From a virus: a DNA stretch of 64,000 nucleotides. This document shows, in pieces, positions 50,102 to 58,795 of the stretch (the stretch's first letter is position 1; each line of letters starts with the position of its first letter). The translations under genes and the position numbers were made by a program. The stretch is from positions 16,225 through 80,224 of IMG/VR virus record IMGVR_UViG_3300034351_000048; one strand, given 5' to 3'. The notes under the pieces are model-generated. The model saw only the letters and a list, made by a program, of their open reading frames with translations, ran no database searches and was not told where the DNA came from.

Positions 50102-50554
50102 ATGAAAAATAATGGATATTATGGAATAGGTGTGGAAAACATGAAAAACACCATAAACTATGGAACTCTGTTTAGATCAGCGGTATTATTAGGGGCTGGG
50201 TTTATATTTTTAATTGGAAAAAGATTTAAAAGGCAGGCTTCGGATACTGTAAATTCTCATAAGAGAATTCCTCTTTATGAATATGAAACTTTTGAAGACT
50301 TTTATGCACATATTCCACATGGTTGTATATTGGTAGGTATAGAATTAACAGATACAGCAAAGAACCTTGTAGAATACACTCATCAAAGAAATTGTATATA
50401 TTTACTTGGATCGGAAGATAAAGGATTATCAAAAGAAGCTATGAAGAAATGTCATGACTTTATAAAAATACCCATGCCAAGTTCTTTGAATGTGGCAACT
50501 ACTGGGAGTATTGTTATGTATGATAGATTATTAAAGCAAACAAGAAAAATATAA
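50102..50554 (+). CDS. SPOUT (SpoU/TrmH/TrmL-family) RNA methyltransferase
   Basis: N.GTL.RSA...G, LLGSED.GLS, IKIPM..SLNVA..GSIVMYD. Confidence 0.9.
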   Translation: MKNNGYYGIGVENMKNTINYGTLFRSAVLLGAGFIFLIGKRFKRQASDTVNSHKRIPLYEYETFEDFYAHIPHGCILVGIELTDTAKNLVEYTHQRNCIYLLGSEDKGLSKEAMKKCHDFIKIPMPSSLNVATTGSIVMYDRLLKQTRKI

Positions 50555-50566
50555 GGAGAATTAATT

Positions 50567-50908
50567 ATGAATAGATACATAAAATCTAATCTTGAAGTAA
50601 TAAAATTTGAAACTTTTGATGTTTGGGAATTTAATGTTTTTTGTAAATTTTTTAATATAGAAAAAAGTAGACTCGATGAAATATATCGAAAATACAATAA
50701 CCTTGATGATAAGGATATATTACGTTATTCTTTAGAAGATGTATTATTTAACAAAGAAGATTTAATAAGAAAAGAATTTCAAGAACATATTAGTAATTTA
50801 CTTTCATCTAAACAATATTTTGATATAGAATATCATGAAAACTATCATAGCATAGATGGGGCGTATATATCCTATACATTATATCAATTAAAAGGGAAAA
50901 ATAAATGA
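50567..50908 (+). CDS. hypothetical protein
   Basis: ORF; SD. Confidence 0.65.
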   Translation: MNRYIKSNLEVIKFETFDVWEFNVFCKFFNIEKSRLDEIYRKYNNLDDKDILRYSLEDVLFNKEDLIRKEFQEHISNLLSSKQYFDIEYHENYHSIDGAYISYTLYQLKGKNK

Positions 50909-52686
50909 ATTACGAATTTATAACTACAAAAGAAAATTTATATAAAAGTATAGATAAATTAAGTAATAATAATATAATAGCGGTTGATACTGAAACAACA
51001 GGATTAAGCATTTTTGAAAATAATTTACTTTTAATCCAAATTTCAGATAAAACAAACAATTTTATATATGATTGTAGAAAATTAAAAGAAGATATAGGAA
51101 ATTTAAAGTATATATTAGAAAATGAGGATGTAATTAAAATACTACATAACGCCAAATTTGACTATAAGTTTTTAAAATATAAATATAATATAGAAATGAA
51201 TAATATATATGATACACAAGAAACTGAAAAATTAATTCAAAACGGATTACAAAAGAGAGGGTTTGCTTTAAAGGATTTAATAAGTAAATATTTAAAGATT
51301 GAAATAGATAAAACAGAAAGAGAATCATTTATAGATTTTAAAGGTGAATTTAATCAATCACAATTAGAATATGCCATTAAGGATGTTTTATATTTGTTTG
51401 ATATTAGGAAAGAACAATTAAAAAATTTGGAATTATTCAAATTAGAAAATGTCCATAAAATGGAAATGGCTTTAATACCAGTTATTGCCGAGATGGAAAT
51501 TAATGGAATGAAAGTAGACAAGGAAAATTGGAAAAAGTTAATAACAAAATACGAAAAATTATTAAAAGAAAAAAAGGAATTTTTAGAAGATTACATAAAA
51601 AATAGTGGTGTTTTGGATGAAAAATTTAACCAAATGGATTTATTCTCATCTGATTATAATTTCGATATAAATTTAGATTCTCCTAAACAATTATCGGATA
51701 TACTTAAAAAGCTTGATTACAAATGTAGCTCTACAAATATAGATGAATTAGAAAAATATAAAGATGATAAATTTATAAAGCAGCTTATAGAATATAAAAC
51801 ATATTCAAAAATCCTTAGTAGTTTTGGGGAATCTTTCTTAGAAAAAATCAACAAAAAAACAGGTAGAATCCATACAGAATTCTTTCCTTTGGATATGCTC
51901 GCGGGTAGAATAGCCTCTCGACACCCTAATATGCAACAAATACCAAATACAGAAGAGTTCAGAAGTTTATTTATATCTGAAAAAGGATATAAATTAATAG
52001 ATGCCGATTATTCACAAGCCGAGTTAAGAATATTAGCCGAATTTAGCAATGATAAAAATATGTTGAAAGCTATAAATGATGGATTAGATTTACACAAAGC
52101 AACCGCAAGTATGATGTTTAATATAAAGTTTGATGATATAACAAAATCGCAAAGAAGTCAAGCAAAAGCTATTAATTTCGGATTAGCTTATGGAAGAGGT
52201 GCGGGTAGTTTATCGGGTCAACTTGGGGTAAGTTATAAAGAAGGTAAGAAATTAATTGACTTATATTTCAAAAATTATTATTCTGTAAAATATTGGTTAG
52301 ACAAACAAAAAAAACTTGCATTTGATAATTTATCAGTTAGAACTATTTCAAACAGGATAAGAAGATTTAAATTAAAGTATGATAATGAAAAAGACTTTCA
52401 ATCACAAAAGGCAAGTATAGAAAGACAGGGCGTAAATACACCTATACAAGGAAGTAATGCCGATATTACAAAAATGGCTTTGATATTATTACATAACAGA
52501 CTAAAAGGAAAGAAAGCTTTTATAATAAATACTGTCCATGACGAAATTATTGTAGAATGTAAAGAGGAAATTTCAGATGAAATAAGTAAAATTGTAAGAG
52601 AATCTATGATTGACGGTGCAAGATATTTTCTAAAAAAAGTATCTATGGAAGTAGATTTAAATGTAAACACTTACTGGGAGCATTAG
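50905..52686 (+). CDS. polA: family A DNA polymerase (3'-5' exonuclease + polymerase; no 5'-3' exonuclease)
   Basis: DTETTGL, HNAKFD, YA..D, DADYSQAELR, R.QAKAINFGLAYG, N.PIQGS.AD, VHDE. Confidence 0.96.
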   Translation: MNYEFITTKENLYKSIDKLSNNNIIAVDTETTGLSIFENNLLLIQISDKTNNFIYDCRKLKEDIGNLKYILENEDVIKILHNAKFDYKFLKYKYNIEMNNIYDTQETEKLIQNGLQKRGFALKDLISKYLKIEIDKTERESFIDFKGEFNQSQLEYAIKDVLYLFDIRKEQLKNLELFKLENVHKMEMALIPVIAEMEINGMKVDKENWKKLITKYEKLLKEKKEFLEDYIKNSGVLDEKFNQMDLFSSDYNFDINLDSPKQLSDILKKLDYKCSSTNIDELEKYKDDKFIKQLIEYKTYSKILSSFGESFLEKINKKTGRIHTEFFPLDMLAGRIASRHPNMQQIPNTEEFRSLFISEKGYKLIDADYSQAELRILAEFSNDKNMLKAINDGLDLHKATASMMFNIKFDDITKSQRSQAKAINFGLAYGRGAGSLSGQLGVSYKEGKKLIDLYFKNYYSVKYWLDKQKKLAFDNLSVRTISNRIRRFKLKYDNEKDFQSQKASIERQGVNTPIQGSNADITKMALILLHNRLKGKKAFIINTVHDEIIVECKEEISDEISKIVRESMIDGARYFLKKVSMEVDLNVNTYWEH

Positions 52687-52694
52687 GATATAAT

Positions 52695-53383
52695 ATGGAA
52701 ACAAATAAAATATATTTGGGGGATTGCTTAGAAGTCATGGGGGCTTTTCCTAATAATTCTATAGATTGTATTGTAACTGATCCTCCTTATATGATTAATT
52801 ATAAAACAGGATACCGTAAGAATAAGAATCATGATTTTTGTAATGTTATAAATAATGATGATAATTTTGATTTAATTGTAACCATAATGCCTGAAATGTA
52901 TAGAATATTAAAAGATAATACTGCAATTTATATGTTTTGTAATTCTACCTATATAGATAAATTTAAGGTTGAATTTGAAAAATATTTTAATTTAAAAAAT
53001 ATAGTCGTTTGGGTAAAAAATAACTGGACAGCGGGGGATTTAAAAAACGCATTTGGTAAACAATACGAGTTTATATTGTATGGAAACAAGGGGGCTTGTA
53101 ATATAAAATCAAAAAGGTATTCAGATATATGGAATTTCAAAAGAATAGTTGGTAGTAATCAATTACATCAAAATCAAAAACCAGTATCTTTAATACAAAG
53201 ATGTTTATATCAAGTAGCAACGAGGGCGACGTTGTATTCGATCCTTTTATGGGTAGTGGAACTACCGCGGTAGCTTGTATACAGAATAACCGTCAATATA
53301 TAGGATGTGAGATATACAAAGACTATTACGATATTATTATGAATAGGATAAAACAAGAAAATCAACAAGAGAGGTTGTTTTAA
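52695..53383 (+). pseudogene. beta-class N6/N4 DNA methyltransferase split by a -1 frameshift
   Basis: DPPY and H.NQKP in frame 1 (52695-53273); SSNEGDVVFDPFMGSGTT in the -1 frame (53201-53383). Confidence 0.8.
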
Positions 53384-53392
53384 GGAGATTTT

Positions 53393-54028
53393 ATGTTATT
53401 TAGAGTAGATAGGAATAATTATTTTGATAAACCAAAAGATAACGCCATATTTACACCGAAAATGGTGATTGATATGATTATGTATATTTTAGATGAAAGA
53501 TTTAATAATTTTAATCCGGAATATATTTTAGAACCAAATTTCGGATCGGGTAATATTTTAAATCCATTATTAGAAAAATATCCAAAATCAAAATTCTATG
53601 CTATAGAGATGAACAAAAAAACTTTTGATAAATTTGATAAAAAAAATAAAAATGTTAAATTTATAAATAAAGATTTTTTAATCTCAGATATTTATCAAGA
53701 ATTTGATTTATGTATATGTAATCCACCTTTCAATTGCTTTTATGGTGAAAAGGTTAAAAAGGGAGCTTGGAAAGACTTTTTAAATAAAACATTCAACTTG
53801 TTATCAGATAAGGGTAAGATGATATATATTTTACCTAATTATTGGTGTATGAATTCTCCTAAATATATTATAGAGTATGTGAAATATATGCCAAGTATGA
53901 ATTTTATACCATTGCCAAAGGATGTTTTTTATAAGAATTCTATTCCATGCCAAATAGTAATTTTTGATAAAGAGAATAAAGATTTTAAATTACACGAAAT
54001 TTATAAGAAATTGTATAGGATTGATTGA
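53393..54028 (+). CDS. gamma-class N6-adenine DNA methyltransferase (small, lacks obvious TRD)
   Basis: FTP, LEPNFGSG, NPPF. Confidence 0.85.
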   Translation: MLFRVDRNNYFDKPKDNAIFTPKMVIDMIMYILDERFNNFNPEYILEPNFGSGNILNPLLEKYPKSKFYAIEMNKKTFDKFDKKNKNVKFINKDFLISDIYQEFDLCICNPPFNCFYGEKVKKGAWKDFLNKTFNLLSDKGKMIYILPNYWCMNSPKYIIEYVKYMPSMNFIPLPKDVFYKNSIPCQIVIFDKENKDFKLHEIYKKLYRID

Positions 54029-54029
54029 T

Positions 54030-54761
54030 ATGGGAAAAATAAATAAGAAGTTCAATAAAAAAGAAATAAATGAAAAGCAAATGGAGATGTTAAAAAGATA
54101 TATAGATACGGGTAGAACGGATATTAAACTTAGAAATGAAATAGTTTTATCATACACACCCTTGTTGATGTGGATTTTATCACGTAAGCTTAATTTTTTT
54201 AAATTGTTTCCAAATTTAATTGATAGTGAAGATTTATATCATTGGTGCGTATTAGGCATGATACAAGCTTTAAAAACATTCAATATAGTTGAGGGTAAAG
54301 ATCAAAACATAATATATTTGACGTATAAGATCATGGGTGATTCTTTAACATATGGTATTAGATACATAAGAGGTTCCCAAAAAAATGCTAAACAAACTAA
54401 ACATTTAGTAAAAAATTTAAAAGATTTGGAAACGAATAATTTTTTTCATTATTTAACACCTATAAAAATCACTTCTAAATTAAGTATAAAAGATATAAGG
54501 ATAAATATCGAAAAAGATTATATAAAAAAAGAAAGAGACCGAGATATATTCAAAGTATTATATAAAATATGCCCAGATAGAATACCTTTAAAAATATTAA
54601 AAATGCAATATATTTATGGGTATCAACTTAAAGAAATAGCAAAAATTTTACAAATTAACCTTTCAACAATAGGAACATTAAAAAGAAGATACTTAGAGAA
54701 ATTAAGAGAACGTTTAAATGATCCTAAAAATCAAGAAATAAAAGAATATTTATTATCTTAA
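54030..54761 (+). CDS. sigma70-family RNA polymerase sigma factor
   Basis: RNEIV..Y..L...I...EDL......G.I.A...F (region 2); LKEIAKIL.I..STI......L.KLR (region 4); likely start 54030. Confidence 0.8.
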   Translation: MGKINKKFNKKEINEKQMEMLKRYIDTGRTDIKLRNEIVLSYTPLLMWILSRKLNFFKLFPNLIDSEDLYHWCVLGMIQALKTFNIVEGKDQNIIYLTYKIMGDSLTYGIRYIRGSQKNAKQTKHLVKNLKDLETNNFFHYLTPIKITSKLSIKDIRINIEKDYIKKERDRDIFKVLYKICPDRIPLKILKMQYIYGYQLKEIAKILQINLSTIGTLKRRYLEKLRERLNDPKNQEIKEYLLS

Positions 54762-54777
54762 AATAAAGGAGATTTTT

Positions 54778-56481
54778 ATGAATATTGTATCAATCAACGA
54801 ATTAAAGTCTTATGTTAATATTTTAGATGTTGTTTCAGATTATGTTTTTGATATACAAAAGATAGGGAAAGATTATAAATGTATATGCCCTTTCCATAAT
54901 GAAAAGACACCCTCATTTATTATAAGCCCTGAAAAGAATTTATATAATTGTTTTGGATGTGGGGAAAGTGGCGATGCTTTTACTTTTGTGATGAAACACG
55001 AGAATTGCTCTTTTATAGAAGCTTCTAAAATAATAGCAAGATACTACAACTTAGAATTAGATATAAAGGTATCTAAAACTAATGAACTTAAGAAAATATA
55101 TTATAGAATAAATGAATTAGCTATGAACTATTTCCACGATAGTTTAATAGAAGATTATAAAGAAGCTATTAATTATTTAAAGGATAGAGCCTTGCATCTA
55201 TCAATTCCTACACAAAAAATAGGATATTGTGATAATAATTCAGATGGGTTGTATTTATATTTAAAAAATCATGGTATTGAAGATAAATATATTTTTAATT
55301 CTGATATTTTATACAAAAAAAATGATTATATTTATTCAAAGTTTCATGATAGGATAATATTCCCTATAAGAGATAAAAACAAAAATGTTATAGCGTTTAT
55401 TGGTAGAACTATTGATGAAAATACCCAACCAAAATATTTACATTCTAAAGATACTATATTTTTTAGAAAATCTGAAATGTTTTATAATATAGAAAGTGCT
55501 AATTTAAAGGATTATGTTATTATAACAGAGGGGAATATAGATACATTAAAAATCAAACAAAAAAGTGATTTTAATGTTGTCAGTTGTTTAGGAACTAAAA
55601 TATCAGATTACCAACTGAAATATATTAAAAAACATTATGAAAAAGTATACTTAATATTTGATTCAGACAAAGCGGGTAAAACTGCGATGTTTAACCTTGT
55701 TGATTTATTTTATAAATACGGAATATCTTTATATATTGTTGATTTAGGGGAAGGTTTAGACCCAGATAATTATATAGATAAATACGGTATAGACCTACTT
55801 AAAATAAAAATATTCAATGAATCTATATCGGGCATACAATTTAAAATAAATTCTTATTTATCTAAATATGATGTAAAGGATTCTAATCAAAAGATAGAAT
55901 TTATAAAAAAAGTCATGAATTTTGGGAATAAATTAGATAAATTTTATCAACAAGAAATTTTACATATATTGTCAAAACTTTTAAATTTGAATAATGAAGA
56001 TTTAAATTACTATGCTTTTAAAAACACGTCAAAAAACACCTCAAATTTGAATGTTTCCAATGCAAGTAATACCAAAACACTTAGAAATGAAAAAGAGCTT
56101 AATTTGATATCAATTTTGTTGTATTATGAGGAATCTATTAATTTTTTAGATTCTATTAAAGAAAATCTGTTTAAAAATTTAGAATTTCGTAAAATCTTTG
56201 ATATCATGAAAGAAAATTTGGAAGAAAAATTAAAGATTGACGATATCTCATTTATTTTAGATAAAGATTTGAAAAAAGAAATATTTAAATTTGAAACAAA
56301 TGAACCAATAAGTAATGAAATTTTTAAACTGATTTACCAATTAAAATTAATGAATATTGATGAACAAATAAATGAATTAAGAGTAGAGAATCAAGAAACT
56401 AAAATAAAATTTGATATAAATAAATTACAATTACTTGATTTATACAAAGAAAGAGAAAGAATAGTAAAATTAATAGGATAA
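54778..56481 (+). CDS. dnaG: DNA primase
   Basis: CPFHNEKTPSF...CFGCG, RIIFPI, F.GR, PKYL.S, TEG..D, FDSD.AG, DPD. Confidence 0.96.
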   Translation: MNIVSINELKSYVNILDVVSDYVFDIQKIGKDYKCICPFHNEKTPSFIISPEKNLYNCFGCGESGDAFTFVMKHENCSFIEASKIIARYYNLELDIKVSKTNELKKIYYRINELAMNYFHDSLIEDYKEAINYLKDRALHLSIPTQKIGYCDNNSDGLYLYLKNHGIEDKYIFNSDILYKKNDYIYSKFHDRIIFPIRDKNKNVIAFIGRTIDENTQPKYLHSKDTIFFRKSEMFYNIESANLKDYVIITEGNIDTLKIKQKSDFNVVSCLGTKISDYQLKYIKKHYEKVYLIFDSDKAGKTAMFNLVDLFYKYGISLYIVDLGEGLDPDNYIDKYGIDLLKIKIFNESISGIQFKINSYLSKYDVKDSNQKIEFIKKVMNFGNKLDKFYQQEILHILSKLLNLNNEDLNYYAFKNTSKNTSNLNVSNASNTKTLRNEKELNLISILLYYEESINFLDSIKENLFKNLEFRKIFDIMKENLEEKLKIDDISFILDKDLKKEIFKFETNEPISNEIFKLIYQLKLMNIDEQINELRVENQETKIKFDINKLQLLDLYKERERIVKLIG

Positions 56482-56484
56482 TTT

Positions 56485-57141
56485 ATGAATTATATTTATA
56501 ATGATGATTGTTTTGAAGTAATTAATAATTTAAACTTAAACAATAAAAAAATATGCTTGCTCACGGATCCTCCTTATGGAATTTTAGGAGGTTCTAAATC
56601 TATAGGAGGTTCTAAATTATACCATGCTAATAATTATGATTGTAGTTGGGATAATAACAGATTGACGAAAGAACAAATTAATTTATTAATTTCTTTATCC
56701 AATAAGGCATTTATTTTTGGTTATAATTACATATCTGATTTATTACCTCCTACAAATTCTTTAATTGTATGGGATAAAAAGTGCAAAAATAATTGGTTTG
56801 ATAATTTTTCAGATGGGGAAATAATATGGACAAATATAAATACCCCATTAAGAATCTATAGGCATTTATGGATGGGGGCATTAAGAAAAGGTAAGAACAC
56901 CAAAAGAATACATCCTACACAAAAACCAGTAGAATTAATGGGTTGGATAATAGAAAATTTTACAAAAAATGATGATATAATATTTGACCCTTTTATGGGT
57001 TCAGGTTCTACTATAATTGCATGTATAGAATTAAATAGACAATATATAGGTATTGAAAAGAATAAACATTATTTTGATATAGCAAAAAATAGAATAGATG
57101 AATATAGATATAATAAAGATTCTCAAAATAACTTGTTTTAA
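56485..57141 (+). CDS. beta-class N6/N4 DNA methyltransferase
   Basis: TDPPYG, HPTQKP, DPFMGSGST. Confidence 0.92.
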   Translation: MNYIYNDDCFEVINNLNLNNKKICLLTDPPYGILGGSKSIGGSKLYHANNYDCSWDNNRLTKEQINLLISLSNKAFIFGYNYISDLLPPTNSLIVWDKKCKNNWFDNFSDGEIIWTNINTPLRIYRHLWMGALRKGKNTKRIHPTQKPVELMGWIIENFTKNDDIIFDPFMGSGSTIIACIELNRQYIGIEKNKHYFDIAKNRIDEYRYNKDSQNNLF

Positions 57142-57144
57142 ATT

Positions 57145-57172
57145 TTGTATTTTTTAATTTTATTGTTATATT
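57145..57172 (+). promoter_or_regulatory. promoter TTGTAT-N16-TATATT (TG-extended)
   Basis: Lies 6 nt upstream of the tRNA-like RNA. Confidence 0.6.
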
Positions 57173-57178
57173 ATATAT

Positions 57179-57300
57179 AGAATAATAGCAGAATTGGCAA
57201 ATGCCTTAATTGAGATATAATCTAATTTGATAAAAAACGATTTTGGTTATATTGAGATTAAGCCTCTTTGAGGGTGGGGGTTCAAGTCCCCCTTATTCTT
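57179..57300 (+). ncRNA. tRNA-like RNA (class II cloverleaf) with extended hairpin replacing the anticodon loop
   Basis: Acceptor AGAATAA/TTATTCT, D-arm GCAGAATTGGCAAATGC, variable arm CCTC-TTT-GAGG, T-arm GGGGG-TTCAAGT-CCCCC. Confidence 0.8.
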
Positions 57301-57301
57301 A

Positions 57302-57412
57302 TAATAGGATTAGAAAACAAGATCGTTTCTCTAATCCTGTTAGAAATATTACGATCTCGTTTGTTTTAAATTAAAAATAATTCAAATGAATATTGTCTAA
57401 CAGGAGGTATTA
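57302..57412 (+). ncRNA. structured 5' leader, copy L4 (loop AGAUCGU / bulge ACGAUCU)
   Basis: UAAUAGGAUUAGA/UCUAAUCCUGUUA stem; UCCUGUUAGA alternatively pairs UCUAACAGGA at the SD. Confidence 0.8.
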
Positions 57413-58192
57413 ATGAAAGATAATATAATCAAATTAAATAAAGAAAATGAACCAATGACTACAAGTTTAATTATAGCTAAAGAATTCGGTAAACCGCATG
57501 ATGATGTTTTAAAAGCTATACGAAGCTTAAAATGTAGCGAGAAATTTAGAGTCGGTAATTTTACCGAGTCCTCTTATACTAATACCCAAAATAAAAAACA
57601 ACCTATGTATGAAATGAAAAGAGATGGATTTATGTTTTTAGTAATGGGTTTTACTGGTGATAAGGCTGCGGAGATTAAAGAAAAGTTTATATATGCGTTT
57701 AATGATATGTATACCTATATAAAACAATTAGAACAAAACAAATACAATGAACACTGGTTGGATATACGATTCAAAGGTAAATTATTACGATGTAGTTTAA
57801 CAGATGAAATAAAAAAGTTTGTTGAATATGCCAAAAGTCAAGGAAGCCAGCATGCTGAATTCTACTACATGGCAATAACAAAACTTGTAAATAATAAATT
57901 ATTTGGTGTAACTTCTTTAAATAAAATAGGTAAGAACTTAAGAGATTATTGTGATTTCGTTCAATTGGCACATATAACAACCGCGGAGAGTATAATAATT
58001 ACTACATTAGTAAATGAAATAGATAATGGAACCGTTTACAAAGAAATTTATGAAATTATAAGAAGTAAAATAGATGATTTTGGGTTGTTAATTCCTCAAG
58101 ATAAGCCTTCAAACATCCCACAAATTGAATACAATAAATGCTTATCTAAAAAGAAACAAAAAGAATTAGCTAATAGTAAATTATTAAATTAG
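57413..58192 (+). CDS. Rha-family regulatory protein
   Basis: TTSL.IA..FGK.H..VL.AI..L...NF..SSY.....K..PMY.M.RDGF.FLVMGFTG.KA...K..FI.AFN.M. Confidence 0.92.
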   Translation: MKDNIIKLNKENEPMTTSLIIAKEFGKPHDDVLKAIRSLKCSEKFRVGNFTESSYTNTQNKKQPMYEMKRDGFMFLVMGFTGDKAAEIKEKFIYAFNDMYTYIKQLEQNKYNEHWLDIRFKGKLLRCSLTDEIKKFVEYAKSQGSQHAEFYYMAITKLVNNKLFGVTSLNKIGKNLRDYCDFVQLAHITTAESIIITTLVNEIDNGTVYKEIYEIIRSKIDDFGLLIPQDKPSNIPQIEYNKCLSKKKQKELANSKLLN

Positions 58193-58202
58193 GAGACCTA
58201 TT

Positions 58203-58628
58203 ATGGGTATGTATACAAAATTTAAAGTTGTAACAATAGTAAAAAATCTATATATATCTTTTATAGAAGAGATAATAAATGGAAAATATAGTTTTTCTGA
58301 TATTATAAAAGAAGAGAATTTAAAAGAATTTGAATTTATTCCTGGTGAAATAAAAAAATTTATTGAAGAAGATGTTAAATCAGGTGGTAGAATAGACCAT
58401 ATTCCAGGCAACTGCAATTATTTTGATAAAGAATCTGGTCTTTGGATTTTCTCTGTCGAAATAAAAAATTATTGGAATACTATAGAAAATTTTATGCCTA
58501 TTTTAGGGTTTATCTCTAAAAAAATTATATATGCTCATAATTGGTATGAAGAAAATAAAAAACCTCGTGTAATGATTGGAGATAAGATAACCACCGAATT
58601 GTTTACCGATTATTATATGTATGAATAA
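58203..58628 (+). CDS. hypothetical phage protein (MGMYT family)
   Basis: MGMYT...KNY...IE.F pattern. Confidence 0.7.
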   Translation: MGMYTKFKVVTIVKNLYISFIEEIINGKYSFSDIIKEENLKEFEFIPGEIKKFIEEDVKSGGRIDHIPGNCNYFDKESGLWIFSVEIKNYWNTIENFMPILGFISKKIIYAHNWYEENKKPRVMIGDKITTELFTDYYMYE

Positions 58629-58665
58629 ATCAAATAATTTTCATAAAATTTTTTTCCTTTCCCTT

Positions 58666-58696
58666 AACCTCAAATTTTTAATTTGGGGTTTTTTTT
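58666..58696 (+). terminator. rho-independent terminator
   Basis: AACCTCAAAT-TTTTA-ATTTGGGGTT followed by a T-run. Confidence 0.75.
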
Positions 58697-58715
58697 GTAT
58701 TATTTTAAATAATTG

Positions 58716-58744
58716 TTGACTTTTTATAATTTAATTGTTAAATT
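58716..58744 (+). promoter_or_regulatory. promoter TTGACT-N17-TAAATT
   Basis: Repeated promoter family. Confidence 0.65.
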
Positions 58745-58795
58745 TATAATAAATGGAGGAAGATATGAAATTCTAATATCTTCTAAGGATAAACA

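Noticed and set aside
56586-56620. GGAGGTTCTAAAT direct repeat in the MTase gene
   Set aside because: In-frame micro-duplication (GGSKSIGGSK) with no sign of a regulatory or phase-variable role
57205-57262. Canonical or BHB intron in tRNA-Leu(GAG)
   Set aside because: A 37/38 splice would give loop UUGAGAA but leaves no position 26, and the required 4-bp helix of a bulge-helix-bulge does not pair; the insert is far too short for a group I intron
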